From IMG/VR virus record IMGVR_UViG_3300022752_000014: a stretch of DNA of 64,000 nt; one strand, 5' to 3'. This document shows positions 26,297 through 36,374 of this stretch, piece by piece (position 1 is the first letter of the stretch; every line of letters starts with the position of its first letter). Both the position numbers and the translations under genes were made by a program. The stretch comes from a virus (taxonomy: Duplodnaviria; Caudoviricetes). A model generated the notes under the pieces. The model had not been told where the DNA came from and did not search any database. It saw only the letters and a list, made by a program, of their open reading frames with translations.

Positions 26297-26330
26297 GTGG
26301 GTTGCATAAACCCATCTTTTTTAGTATAAT
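26297..26330 (+). promoter_or_regulatory. Fused terminator/promoter cassette, copy 2 (33/34 identical to copy 1)
   Basis: GTGGGTTGCATAAACCCATCTTTTTTAGTATAAT. Confidence 0.75.
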
Positions 26331-26353
26331 AATGTAAATACTTTTATGAATTT

Positions 26354-27598
26354 ATGAATATGTTTCATAAAATAGAAAAATGTAGAGTTTGTGGAAATAA
26401 AAATTTTTTCACACTTTTAGATCTGGGTAATCAATATTTGTCTGGAATTTTTCCCAAAATGATTGACTTAGATATGTATCGTGGTCCATTGAAACTTGTA
26501 AAATGTGACGAAACAACAGGTGGGTGTGGTCATGTTCAATTGGAACATACATTTGATTTGCCAACAATGTATGGACAAGAATATGGATATCGTTCTGGAT
26601 TAAATTCCAGTATGGTTAGTCACCTTCATCAAAAATATAAAAATATTACAAAATTCATTGATTTAAAAAATGAAGATATTGTAGTTGACATCGCGGGGAA
26701 TGATGGAACATTTCTTGGATTTTTTCCAAGTAATCTTAGACTTGTAAGTATTGACCCCACATCTAGTAAGTTTAAAAAATATTTTGCGGAACATGTAAAT
26801 TACATCGCAGATTTTTTTACTGAAAAAACATTTAGGGATTTTTTTGGAACTTCTAATGCCAAGTTGGTGACTTCATTTTCAATGTTTTATGATTTAGAAG
26901 ATCCGTGTGATTTTGCCAGACAAGTTAATTCTATTCTTGATCAAGAAGAAGGAATATGGGTTTTGGAGCAAAGTTATATGCCAGAGATGCTTAAAGTTAA
27001 TTCGTTTGATACTATATGTCACGAACATCTTTCTTATTATAGTATGAGGCAATTGAAATATATTATGGATAATGCCGGATTAAAAATCATTCAATTTGAA
27101 TTTAATGATGCTAATGGTGGAAGCGTATCTTTGACTGTTGCCAACAAAGATAGTAAGTATGAAGAGTGTAGTGAAATGTTGAATGAAATTCTTCATAAAG
27201 AACTTGAACTCGGACTTGACACTATAAAACCCTGGCAAGAATTTTCTTTTAGAATTAATGAGTGTAAAACTAAATTCTGGAAACTTATTGATGAGTGTAA
27301 AAAAGATGGTCTTAGAATTGCTGCTCTTGGAGCAAGCACTAAAGGTAATGTGACTCTCCAAACCTGGGAAATTACATCACAAGATATTTTAGCAATCGGT
27401 GATGTTAATCCGGATAAAGAAGGATCATTTACTCCAGGAACATGGATTCCCATTAAATCTGAAGATTTCGTTATTAATGAATATGATGTCTTTGTAGTCT
27501 TGCCTTGGCACTTTAAAAATTTCTTTATTAATAATCAAAAATTCAAAGGTAAAAAACTGCTATTTCCTCTTCCTAATCCTGAAATCGTGAGTGTTTAA
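26354..27598 (+). CDS. NDP-hexose C-methyltransferase
   Basis: N-terminal CRVC, YGYRSG, DIAGNDG, ICHEHLSYY, GASTKG, LPWHF. Confidence 0.85.
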   Translation: MNMFHKIEKCRVCGNKNFFTLLDLGNQYLSGIFPKMIDLDMYRGPLKLVKCDETTGGCGHVQLEHTFDLPTMYGQEYGYRSGLNSSMVSHLHQKYKNITKFIDLKNEDIVVDIAGNDGTFLGFFPSNLRLVSIDPTSSKFKKYFAEHVNYIADFFTEKTFRDFFGTSNAKLVTSFSMFYDLEDPCDFARQVNSILDQEEGIWVLEQSYMPEMLKVNSFDTICHEHLSYYSMRQLKYIMDNAGLKIIQFEFNDANGGSVSLTVANKDSKYEECSEMLNEILHKELELGLDTIKPWQEFSFRINECKTKFWKLIDECKKDGLRIAALGASTKGNVTLQTWEITSQDILAIGDVNPDKEGSFTPGTWIPIKSEDFVINEYDVFVVLPWHFKNFFINNQKFKGKKLLFPLPNPEIVSV

Positions 27599-27600
27599 TT

Positions 27601-28536
27601 ATGAATAAAAATTCTAAAATATTTGTTGCAGGACATCGAGGACTAGTTGGATCTGCTATTGTTAGGACACTAACTGAACGAGGATATACAAATATTATTA
27701 CAAGAACTCGTCAAGAACTAAATCTTTTAAATCAAAATGCTGTAGAACATTTTTTTGATACTGAAAGACCAGAATATGTTTTTGATGCAGCTGCTCGCGT
27801 TGGTGGCATCTATGCAAACGATACGTACTCAGCAGATTTCATTTATGAAAACATTCAAATTCAAACAAATTTAATTCATAATTCTTGGAAGCACGGAGTT
27901 AAGAAGTTTTTGTTTTTAGGATCTGTTTGCATTTATCCAAAGTTTGCTGAGGTTCCTGTAAAAGAAGAATCTTTACTGACTGGTTTTCTTGAACCAACAA
28001 ACGATGCCTATGCTGTTGCAAAAATTTCTGGAATTAAAATGCTTCAAGCATATCATAAACAATATGGATTTAAGAGTGTTTCTTTAATGCCCTCTAATTT
28101 GTATGGTCCTGGTGATAATTTCCATCCAGAAAATGGACACGTCATTCCTGCTATGATGAGTAAATTTAATAATTCAAATGGCAAGACTGTATCTTTTTGG
28201 GGAGATGGAACACCAATGAGGGAATTTTTGTATTCTGATGATTTGGCAGACGCTTGTCTTTTTGCTATGGACAAATTTGAAAGTGCAGAACTTATTAATG
28301 TTGGATCTGGATATAACGTAAGTATTAAAGAACTTGCAGAGACTGTTGCGGCGGTTGTTGGATATGGTGGTGAAATCAAATGGGATATTTCTCGTCCAAA
28401 TGGCACTCCTAATCGCCCTCTTGATTATTCTAAAATGACTGAACTTGGTTGGAAACCAAAATATAGTTTACTTTCAGGACTTTTAAAAACTTATAAGTGG
28501 TTTAATGAAGCAACTTATTTGGATAGTTGTAAATGA
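27601..28536 (+). CDS. fcl: GDP-L-fucose synthase
   Basis: AGHRGLVGSA, AARVGGI, LGSVCIYPK, YAVAK, PSNLYGPGDNF. Confidence 0.93.
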   Translation: MNKNSKIFVAGHRGLVGSAIVRTLTERGYTNIITRTRQELNLLNQNAVEHFFDTERPEYVFDAAARVGGIYANDTYSADFIYENIQIQTNLIHNSWKHGVKKFLFLGSVCIYPKFAEVPVKEESLLTGFLEPTNDAYAVAKISGIKMLQAYHKQYGFKSVSLMPSNLYGPGDNFHPENGHVIPAMMSKFNNSNGKTVSFWGDGTPMREFLYSDDLADACLFAMDKFESAELINVGSGYNVSIKELAETVAAVVGYGGEIKWDISRPNGTPNRPLDYSKMTELGWKPKYSLLSGLLKTYKWFNEATYLDSCK

Positions 28537-29351
28537 AATTTTCAATTTATGGAGGAACAGGATTTGTCGGTAGAAATTTCTGCCGACTTTTTTCTGACAA
28601 TGTGATTCTCCAACAGAGGGAAGAACGAAAACCAAATACAAATGAGATAATTTATTTCATTTCTACAGTTGATAATTATAACGTTTATACGAATATTACT
28701 CTAGATGTCGAGACTAACCTCAAAGTTCTTTGTGAAGTTTTGGATTTTTGTAGAGATACTAATATTGTTTTCAATTTTATTAGCTCTTGGTTTGTTTACG
28801 GGGAAGTTGAATTACCAGCAAAAGAAGACGACTATTGCAATCCCACAGGATTTTACTCAATCACAAAAAAGGCAGCAGAAGATCTTTTGATTTCTTTTTG
28901 TAGAACCTATGGAGTCAAGTATCGTATTCTTCGTCTATGTAATGTAATGGGCAATGGAGATGGTAAAGTCTCTGCTAAAAAGAATGCTCTGAGTTATATG
29001 ATAGACCTTCTCAAGAAAGATGAAGATGTCTATTTGTATGATGACGGAACCCCAATTAGAGATATTATGCACGTTGATGATGTTTGTCGTGCCATCGAAC
29101 TCGTCTGTAGAGAGGGTGAATTTAATGAAATATATAATATCGGAAGTGGACAACCAACACCTATCTCTGCTATAATTGAAACAGCAAAGAGGTATTTGGA
29201 ATCCAACTCAGTTATCAAATCTAAAGAAGCACCTGAGTTTCACAAGATTGTCCAGGCAAAAGACTTTTGGATGGACACAACTAAACTAAATCGACTTGGA
29301 TTCACTCGTCAAATTAGTAATGAACAAATCATTCAACAACTATGTCAATAA
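28533..29351 (+). CDS. NAD-dependent epimerase/dehydratase
   Basis: GGTGFVG, YSITK, RDIMHVDD, YNIGSG. Confidence 0.85.
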   Translation: MKFSIYGGTGFVGRNFCRLFSDNVILQQREERKPNTNEIIYFISTVDNYNVYTNITLDVETNLKVLCEVLDFCRDTNIVFNFISSWFVYGEVELPAKEDDYCNPTGFYSITKKAAEDLLISFCRTYGVKYRILRLCNVMGNGDGKVSAKKNALSYMIDLLKKDEDVYLYDDGTPIRDIMHVDDVCRAIELVCREGEFNEIYNIGSGQPTPISAIIETAKRYLESNSVIKSKEAPEFHKIVQAKDFWMDTTKLNRLGFTRQISNEQIIQQLCQ

Positions 29352-30661
29352 ATCAAGAGGTTTTAAATCTCATTTCCAACCTTCAAGATAAGGGTGAGAA
29401 ACTCTTTCCCTATATCTGCAACAACAACTATGAGAAGGGGAAAAGTAATATCTATTATTCTGGTCCTTACTGGGATGAGAAAGAAGTTGCTGCTGCAATC
29501 ACTACACTTCTGAGTGGTAAGTGGCTTCCTTCTGGTGAGGAAGTTAATAAGTTTGAACGTGCTTTTTCGAAGAGGTTTGGATTCGAGCATTCTGTGATGG
29601 TGAACTCTGGTAGTTCTGCCAATCTTGTAATGATCGCTGCTCTGAAAAAGTATTTTGGTTGGGAAGATGGGGATGAAATTATTGTTTGTGTCTGTGGATT
29701 CCCAACTACAATTAACCCAATTATTCAGAATAATTTAAAACCAGTATTTGTTGATATTAGTTACGATGATTTGAACTGGGATCTTGACCAAGTTAGAGAA
29801 AAAATTACATCAAAAACCAAAGCAGTTTTCTCTTCGCCTGTCCTTGGAAATGCTTATGACTATGACAAACTCCTTGACATCTGTAATCGTTACAACATTA
29901 AGTTGATTGCCGATAACTGTGATAGTCTTGGTAGTAAGTGGAAAGGTGAGTATCTAACTAAACACGCTGTAGCAGCATCGTGTTCTTTCTATCCTGCCCA
30001 CCACATTGCCGCCATTGAAGGTGGTATGGTTTCATCTAACATCAAGGAGATTGTAGATATCGCCCGCAGTTTTGCCTGGTGGGGTCGTGATTGCTATTGT
30101 GTGGGAGCACAAAATCTTCTGGAGTGCGGTGTCTGTGGTAAGAGATTTGATTATTGGTTGGAGGGATATAATGAACTTGTGGATCACAAATATGTGTTTG
30201 GACATATTGGATATAATTTGAAACCAGCAGATCTTCAGGGGTCAATTGGTCTTGTTCAACTTGAAAAGTTTGATGAGATTCACCAAAAGCGTCGTCATAA
30301 TAAAGAACGCCTTCATAAAATCTTTGAGAAACTTCCTTTTTGTAGGCTAATTGATGAAAGAGCAGAAGCAGAAACAAGCTGGTTCGGTGTTCCAATTGTA
30401 TTTGAATACGATAAGGCAGGATTAGTTAAATGGTTAGAAAGTCATAAGATTCAAACTCGTAACTATTTTGCTGGTAATATTCTGATGCACCCTGCATATA
30501 AGCATCTTGAACCAGCAAGTAATTATCCAAATGCTTCTAAAGTTCTTGATAACGTTTTCTTTGTCGGTTGCTCACCAACAATTACAGATGAAATGATTGA
30601 TTATATTGATGAAGTCGTTGAAAAATATAAAAATATTCAAATTAACTATCACCCAGTATAA
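29342..30661 (+). CDS. DegT/RfbH-family PLP enzyme (CDP-4-keto-6-deoxyglucose 3-dehydrase-like)
   Basis: NSGSSANL, DNCDSLG, SFYPAHH, WGRDCYC, GYNLKP. Confidence 0.85.
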   Translation: MSINQEVLNLISNLQDKGEKLFPYICNNNYEKGKSNIYYSGPYWDEKEVAAAITTLLSGKWLPSGEEVNKFERAFSKRFGFEHSVMVNSGSSANLVMIAALKKYFGWEDGDEIIVCVCGFPTTINPIIQNNLKPVFVDISYDDLNWDLDQVREKITSKTKAVFSSPVLGNAYDYDKLLDICNRYNIKLIADNCDSLGSKWKGEYLTKHAVAASCSFYPAHHIAAIEGGMVSSNIKEIVDIARSFAWWGRDCYCVGAQNLLECGVCGKRFDYWLEGYNELVDHKYVFGHIGYNLKPADLQGSIGLVQLEKFDEIHQKRRHNKERLHKIFEKLPFCRLIDERAEAETSWFGVPIVFEYDKAGLVKWLESHKIQTRNYFAGNILMHPAYKHLEPASNYPNASKVLDNVFFVGCSPTITDEMIDYIDEVVEKYKNIQINYHPV

Positions 30662-30665
30662 AAAT

Positions 30666-31379
30666 ATGATTCCCCTATTAGGCATTTCTACTTTAAATCA
30701 AATTGATGGATTTGAAAGACTTATTAAATCAATTAACTTTCCTGTAGATGTTGTTTCGATTGTTGTTAATTCTACTTTTGAATACTTTGAAGAGGTAAGA
30801 AAATTATCAAAATCTAGTTTTGTTAATAAATTTGAAATTGCTTTTTGTCCGCAAAATTTAGGATTTGGTCCCAGCGTCAATTATCATATCAAAGCATATC
30901 CAAGTAAAGATTATTGGGTATTTGTGCAGGATGATGTTATAATGGGAAAAGATGATTTATCTCAAATACAAAATTTGATCAAATCCCACGATGGAGTTTT
31001 TTGTGATAAGAATGCAGAATATATTTTCTTTGCTCTTAATAGAAATATGATTAAGAAAGTTGGATTTTTTGATGAAAATTTTTATCCATCTAATTATGAA
31101 GATAATGACTATAGAGATAGAATATCAATTTCCGATGTAAAGGTTTGTCATTTTAATAGTTCTTGTCTGCATAATGAACTTCCAATAGAACAAGAAGGTG
31201 GAGGAAGTACTGGAAAAAAAATTCAAAAACTATCGCCAGAAAAATTTAGTGAATTGGAAAGATGTTATAATATGAACGGTGAATATTATTATAGAAAAAA
31301 ACAAAATCTCAATTCAAATAATGTTAATGATTATTTGTATGATATTGATGAAAGATCTAAAAAAGAATTTAGGATTTAA
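30666..31379 (+). CDS. Glycosyltransferase GT2-like
   Basis: NLGFG..VN, FVQDD, VGFFDENFYP..YEDND. Confidence 0.7.
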   Translation: MIPLLGISTLNQIDGFERLIKSINFPVDVVSIVVNSTFEYFEEVRKLSKSSFVNKFEIAFCPQNLGFGPSVNYHIKAYPSKDYWVFVQDDVIMGKDDLSQIQNLIKSHDGVFCDKNAEYIFFALNRNMIKKVGFFDENFYPSNYEDNDYRDRISISDVKVCHFNSSCLHNELPIEQEGGGSTGKKIQKLSPEKFSELERCYNMNGEYYYRKKQNLNSNNVNDYLYDIDERSKKEFRI

Positions 31380-31382
31380 CAA

Positions 31383-32954
31383 ATGAAAAATATATCCATA
31401 TTTGCGGGTCATGATGCAAATATTACATTTGCAGATACTGAAAAGAACAAGTATCACGTAATAGAAATTGAGAGACTTGTTAAAAAAAGATATTTTAGAC
31501 TTCACGTTGATAATTCTTTTGAGGAGATTTTAAATATTCTTTTAGAATGCCAAAGAATTGCAAAGAAATCTTTTGGTATGGACGATGAATATGACGTTCT
31601 TACAATAGTCGCTGATGGAGGATTGATTCCCTATGAGATTTTAAAACAGGTCTTTCCTCATAAAAGAATAGAAACTTATGATCATCACTTATCACATGCT
31701 GCATCTACTTTCTATCAATCTTCATTTGAAGAGTCATTAATTATTTCATATGATGGTGGCGGGAATGATGGATTCTTTAATGTTTATCATGCAAACGAAA
31801 ATGGCGTTCATCCCATAGAAAGCATCAAATCTGATTTTGGTGGTGGATACTTGCTTCTTGCATCTTGTTGCACTGAGATTACAAAAAGTAGTCGGCATGA
31901 GTTATCTCTTGCTGGTAAATTGATGGGTCTTTGTGCTTATGGAAAAACAGATCAAAAACAAATTGATGTTATGAAGCATCTGTTTATTGATAAAAACTAT
32001 AAGAGACTTTCTGAGTCCTTGGGTTATAATTTAAAAAATGTAGAATGTCCTTGGAGAAATCCACTAGAAAACTATATTTTTGAAGGACAAGATTCTTTTG
32101 ATTTTGCGGCAAATGCTCAGAAAGCTTATGAAACAATGTTCTTGGAAATTTTTGATCGATTGATTGTAGAGTATCCAATTAAAAATATTTGCTTAACTGG
32201 TGGTGGTGCTCTGAATGTTCTTCTTAATCAAAGAATTAAAGATACCTATGATTTAAATCTCTTTGTATCTCCAAATCCAAATGATTGTGGTCTCTCTTTA
32301 GGTGCATCATTTTTAACTAAAACTCCAACAGAAAAAATTAATATCTCTTATAATGGCATTCCTTTGATTGACGAAGAAAAAGCAAACGATTTATTGAATG
32401 GTAGAAAAACATCGAGTCTGGATTTAGACTATGTTTGCAAACTTTTAAAGAGTGGAAAAATTATAGGAGTATGTAGAGGTGATTCTGAGGTTGGACCTAG
32501 GGCACTTGGAAATAGATCAATTATTTGCGATCCTTCTTTTAAAGATATGAAGGATATTTTGAATGCAAAAGTAAAGTTTAGAGAATGGTTTAGACCCTTC
32601 GCTCCTTTCTGTCTAAAGGGTGAAGCGCATCTGTATTTTGATAGCAAAGACTTTGATAATATGGAGTTTATGAGCTATGCTCCATTAGTAAAAGAAGAAA
32701 TTCAAAATCGTCTTCCTTCAATCACTCACGTTGATGGTAGTTCAAGATTGCAAACCGTCACAGAAGAATCTCATAAATTTTTCTATGACCTGTTGAAAAC
32801 CTATTCTAATTATTCTGATATCAATGTTCTTCTAAACACATCATTTAACATTCGTGGTAATCCAATTTTAACTACGATTGAAGATGCATTATATGTTTTG
32901 GACAACACTGAATTAGACTGTGTAATCATTAATGACGTTTTAGTAGAAAAATGA
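31383..32954 (+). CDS. Carbamoyltransferase (NodU/CmcH family)
   Basis: GHDA, HHLSHAAS, GKLMGL, EVGPRALGNRSI, REWFRPFAP, LNTSFN. Confidence 0.92.
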   Translation: MKNISIFAGHDANITFADTEKNKYHVIEIERLVKKRYFRLHVDNSFEEILNILLECQRIAKKSFGMDDEYDVLTIVADGGLIPYEILKQVFPHKRIETYDHHLSHAASTFYQSSFEESLIISYDGGGNDGFFNVYHANENGVHPIESIKSDFGGGYLLLASCCTEITKSSRHELSLAGKLMGLCAYGKTDQKQIDVMKHLFIDKNYKRLSESLGYNLKNVECPWRNPLENYIFEGQDSFDFAANAQKAYETMFLEIFDRLIVEYPIKNICLTGGGALNVLLNQRIKDTYDLNLFVSPNPNDCGLSLGASFLTKTPTEKINISYNGIPLIDEEKANDLLNGRKTSSLDLDYVCKLLKSGKIIGVCRGDSEVGPRALGNRSIICDPSFKDMKDILNAKVKFREWFRPFAPFCLKGEAHLYFDSKDFDNMEFMSYAPLVKEEIQNRLPSITHVDGSSRLQTVTEESHKFFYDLLKTYSNYSDINVLLNTSFNIRGNPILTTIEDALYVLDNTELDCVIINDVLVEK

Positions 32955-33913
32955 AAGTAATTATTTGGGGATACCCCCTATATTCTCACACTCACTCATA
33001 TATTCACAATGCATTTTATAATGCGTTTAAATATATGGGATATGAAACTTATTGGTTTCATGATAATGAATATCCAGATGATTTTGATTGGGATGATTGT
33101 GTATTTTGGACGGAAGGATTTGCGGATAAAAATATTCCACTGAACAAAAACAGTTCTTATTTTGTCCATGTATGTCCAGATCCTGCAAAATATATTAATG
33201 CTGGCGTTAAAAAATTTATTGACGTTAGACCTAATGGCATTTGGCAAAAGGATCATGTTTATGATTTTACTTTAGATAAGTCAAAAGTAGAAAAACTAGG
33301 TCCTTGTGCTTATCATATTCCAAAACAAAATAAAAAAACCGAAGTAAAAAATCATTATCATTCTTATACTATTGATGATTATGATATTATTCATCTTTCT
33401 TGGGCTGCAAATGCTTTGCCCAATGAGTTTAATTTAGATGATGTTTATTATCCACGCCTTAATAAAATTTGGTACAGTGGAACTATTTCGAATTTTGGAG
33501 TTTGTGAAAATTACTCTAATTTTGCTCCTTTTATTGAGGAGTGTTATAGAAATAATATTGAATTTGTTTGTAATGACCCCTGGCAAAATCCTTTAACAGA
33601 GGAACAAGTCAAAAAAAGAACTATGAATTCTATTCTTGGAATTGATATTAGGGGACCAGAACTTTTAAAAAATGGTTATATCCCTTGCAGGGTATTTAAA
33701 TCTATAAGTTGGGGTCATCTTGGAATTACAAATTCCGAAGAAACGAATAAAGAACTGGAAGGACATGTTCTTTTTCAACCAGATCCAAGACAGTTATTTT
33801 ATGATGCTATGGAAAAAAGATTAGACTATGATTTTATCAGGCAGTCTATGCTGTATGTACAAGAAAATCATACTTATGTGAATCGCATCAAAGCTATTAT
33901 GAGCATTTTATAG
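32951..33913 (+). CDS. Glycosyltransferase-like protein
   Basis: C-terminal PCRVFKSISWG...NHTYVNRIK resembles GT-B spore-maturation type. Confidence 0.55.
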   Translation: MKVIIWGYPLYSHTHSYIHNAFYNAFKYMGYETYWFHDNEYPDDFDWDDCVFWTEGFADKNIPLNKNSSYFVHVCPDPAKYINAGVKKFIDVRPNGIWQKDHVYDFTLDKSKVEKLGPCAYHIPKQNKKTEVKNHYHSYTIDDYDIIHLSWAANALPNEFNLDDVYYPRLNKIWYSGTISNFGVCENYSNFAPFIEECYRNNIEFVCNDPWQNPLTEEQVKKRTMNSILGIDIRGPELLKNGYIPCRVFKSISWGHLGITNSEETNKELEGHVLFQPDPRQLFYDAMEKRLDYDFIRQSMLYVQENHTYVNRIKAIMSIL

Positions 33914-33914
33914 T

Positions 33915-34841
33915 ATGAACACTGTAGTATTTGTCAATCATAATGTTGTAAATTGTGGTGTTTATCAGTATGGAAAGAGGGTTTTTGATATATCTCAGAA
34001 ATCAAAAATATATGATTTCCAATATGTAGAAGTAACTTGTGTCGAAGATTTACTTACTTTTATACAAGATAAAAAACCAAGTATAATTTTTTATAATTAT
34101 CTTCCAACTACAATGCCATGGTTTAATGATTCAATTTTTAATCAAATTAAATCATTAGGAATAAAACAGGGTAATATAGTTCATAATTGTCAATACGGAA
34201 ATTTTGATTTTTATTTACATCAAGATCCATATTATAAGAATAGTGAAAACAATTTTGCACTCTTGAGACCACTTTTTGAATATGTCCCTAAGAATGACTT
34301 GAAAAAAAGTGATACCATTCAAATTGGTACATTTGGATTTGGTGGTCAACATAAATTTGTTCCTGAGATTTGTAGATTGGTATCTGAAGAGTTTATTGAT
34401 ACGCCAGTAACATTAAATTTGCACGTCACTGAAGGATTTTATTCTGGAAATATTTTTGAAGAAGTAAAAAATGATTGTCTTAATAATTTAAGTAATAAAA
34501 ATATTAATTTAAATATTACAAATAATTTTTTAACTACCGAAGATCTTTTAAATTTTTTATATCAAAATGATTTAAATATTTTCTTTTATGAAAATTATCC
34601 ATTTTATAATGGAATATCTTCTTCGATTGATTATGCTCTTTCTGTAAAAAAACCAATTGCAATTTGTAGAAGTAATATGTTTTCTCACATCATAGATGTG
34701 ACTCCTTCAATATGTGTAGAAGATACTGATTTGGTCGATATTATGAATAATGGATTTTTACCATTACAAGAAAAGTACGATTCTTGGTCCCATAAAAACT
34801 TCATAGATAACATAGAAATGATCGTTGAAAAATTATTATGA
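33915..34841 (+). CDS. Putative glycosyltransferase
   Basis: SSSIDYALSVKKPIA; island context. Confidence 0.5.
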   Translation: MNTVVFVNHNVVNCGVYQYGKRVFDISQKSKIYDFQYVEVTCVEDLLTFIQDKKPSIIFYNYLPTTMPWFNDSIFNQIKSLGIKQGNIVHNCQYGNFDFYLHQDPYYKNSENNFALLRPLFEYVPKNDLKKSDTIQIGTFGFGGQHKFVPEICRLVSEEFIDTPVTLNLHVTEGFYSGNIFEEVKNDCLNNLSNKNINLNITNNFLTTEDLLNFLYQNDLNIFFYENYPFYNGISSSIDYALSVKKPIAICRSNMFSHIIDVTPSICVEDTDLVDIMNNGFLPLQEKYDSWSHKNFIDNIEMIVEKLL

Positions 34842-35572
34842 TCTTGGCAGCATTTCATTCAGCATACAAAAATAAAAGAGCAACAGAAGAGGCAATTAAA
34901 AATTTTCGTAAATTTAACGATGGTCCATATTTTTTGGTATCGGATGGTGGCGATGATTTTTCCGATATTGCTGAAAAATATAATTGCTTTTACCATCATT
35001 CAGATTGGAATTTAAAATTAAGGGATCATAATGATCCATCTGGAATATATGGCAACACAAAAGAAGAAACTTTAGAGTGGTTGCGTAGATTTCATCTGGC
35101 ATGTGCATTTGAGAAATCTGATCATATTATGATGATGGAAGATGATGTCCTGATTAAAGGTAACATATCAGTAGAAAATGATGTAGAATTTAGTGGTTTG
35201 GGGGGTCCTGGTAATCGTGTTCATCAAGAATTAATTGATTATTTGACCGAAAAGTATGACGCAAAATTTTATAATAATTGGTATGCTCTTTCTGGTGGAG
35301 CAATTTTTAAAACAGAAACTTTTATTGAAAATTATGATAGAATAGTTAATATCTTGGATTTAGAATTTGATTTCATCAAATCAAATTTGATGAAAAGTAT
35401 TGGTTGTATAGATGTTTGGATGACAGTATACTATGCTCTTTGCAAAAAAAATTATACTGTAAATCCTTATATTACAGAAACTACAACTAATATGAATTGG
35501 AGAGATCCTTCTTACGCAATTGTGCATCAATATAAAGAACACTATGAACACCTTGGATACTTTTATGAATAA
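34838..35572 (+). CDS. Putative GT-A glycosyltransferase
   Basis: LVSDGG, MMEDDV. Confidence 0.55.
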   Translation: MILAAFHSAYKNKRATEEAIKNFRKFNDGPYFLVSDGGDDFSDIAEKYNCFYHHSDWNLKLRDHNDPSGIYGNTKEETLEWLRRFHLACAFEKSDHIMMMEDDVLIKGNISVENDVEFSGLGGPGNRVHQELIDYLTEKYDAKFYNNWYALSGGAIFKTETFIENYDRIVNILDLEFDFIKSNLMKSIGCIDVWMTVYYALCKKNYTVNPYITETTTNMNWRDPSYAIVHQYKEHYEHLGYFYE

Positions 35573-36374
35573 AGATTTTGCTATTGTATCTGCTCTCTTT
35601 AATATCGAAAGAGAGGGAATGGATGGAAGAACCTGGCAAGAATATCTTAATTGGTTTGAAATTACTCTTAAATTAAAATGTCCTATGATCTTCTTTGTTA
35701 CTGAAGATCTTGAATCATTCATTTTAGAAAGACGAGGAGATCTTCCTACTGAAGTAATTGTACAAACTATTGATGATATTCCATATTACCATCTTAAAGA
35801 ACAAATTGATGAAATTATTTCATCAGAACAATATAAAACTACAATTGCTGACCCAAATAGAATTGAGTGCCAGCATTCGTTGTATTCTATTATCCAATAC
35901 TCTAAGTTTAAGTGGTTGACGGCAGCTGTTGAAAAAAATCCATTTAGTAGTAAGTTTTTCTTCTGGGTTGATGCTGGAGGATCTAGATTCTTTGATGATT
36001 ATGATTTAGATCTCTCTTATCCAAGTCCAAATGCAATGGAAGCTCTGAATGATATGGGTGATAAATTCCTTGTTCAAATGAATATGGAATATTATAAGGA
36101 TCTTGCTAATGCATCTATTCTTCCTAAGAGTTATCTTCTTGATAATAGATCTTATGTTCTTGGATCTATGTTTGGTGGAGGTGTAGAGTCAATTAAAAAA
36201 GTTGCAACAGACATTGAAGATATTTTCTTGAATAAAATGATCGCAGAGAACTTTGTAAATAATGAACAAATTGCTCTAGGTTATCTCGTAAAATTGTACC
36301 CCAATGATTATGAGATTTATGAGCGTTATAATGGTAAACACGCTGCTTTATTTGAGGAGTTGGGTAAGCGATGA
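35565..36374 (+). CDS. HtrL/YibB-like protein
   Basis: IVSALFNI, NPFSSKFFFWVDAG, GSMFGG, NNEQ. Confidence 0.7.
   Translation: MNKDFAIVSALFNIEREGMDGRTWQEYLNWFEITLKLKCPMIFFVTEDLESFILERRGDLPTEVIVQTIDDIPYYHLKEQIDEIISSEQYKTTIADPNRIECQHSLYSIIQYSKFKWLTAAVEKNPFSSKFFFWVDAGGSRFFDDYDLDLSYPSPNAMEALNDMGDKFLVQMNMEYYKDLANASILPKSYLLDNRSYVLGSMFGGGVESIKKVATDIEDIFLNKMIAENFVNNEQIALGYLVKLYPNDYEIYERYNGKHAALFEELGKR

Noticed and set aside
26220-26309. 29-aa ORF after rmlB as an rmlC remnant
   Set aside because: No recognisable cupin motif; too short to support
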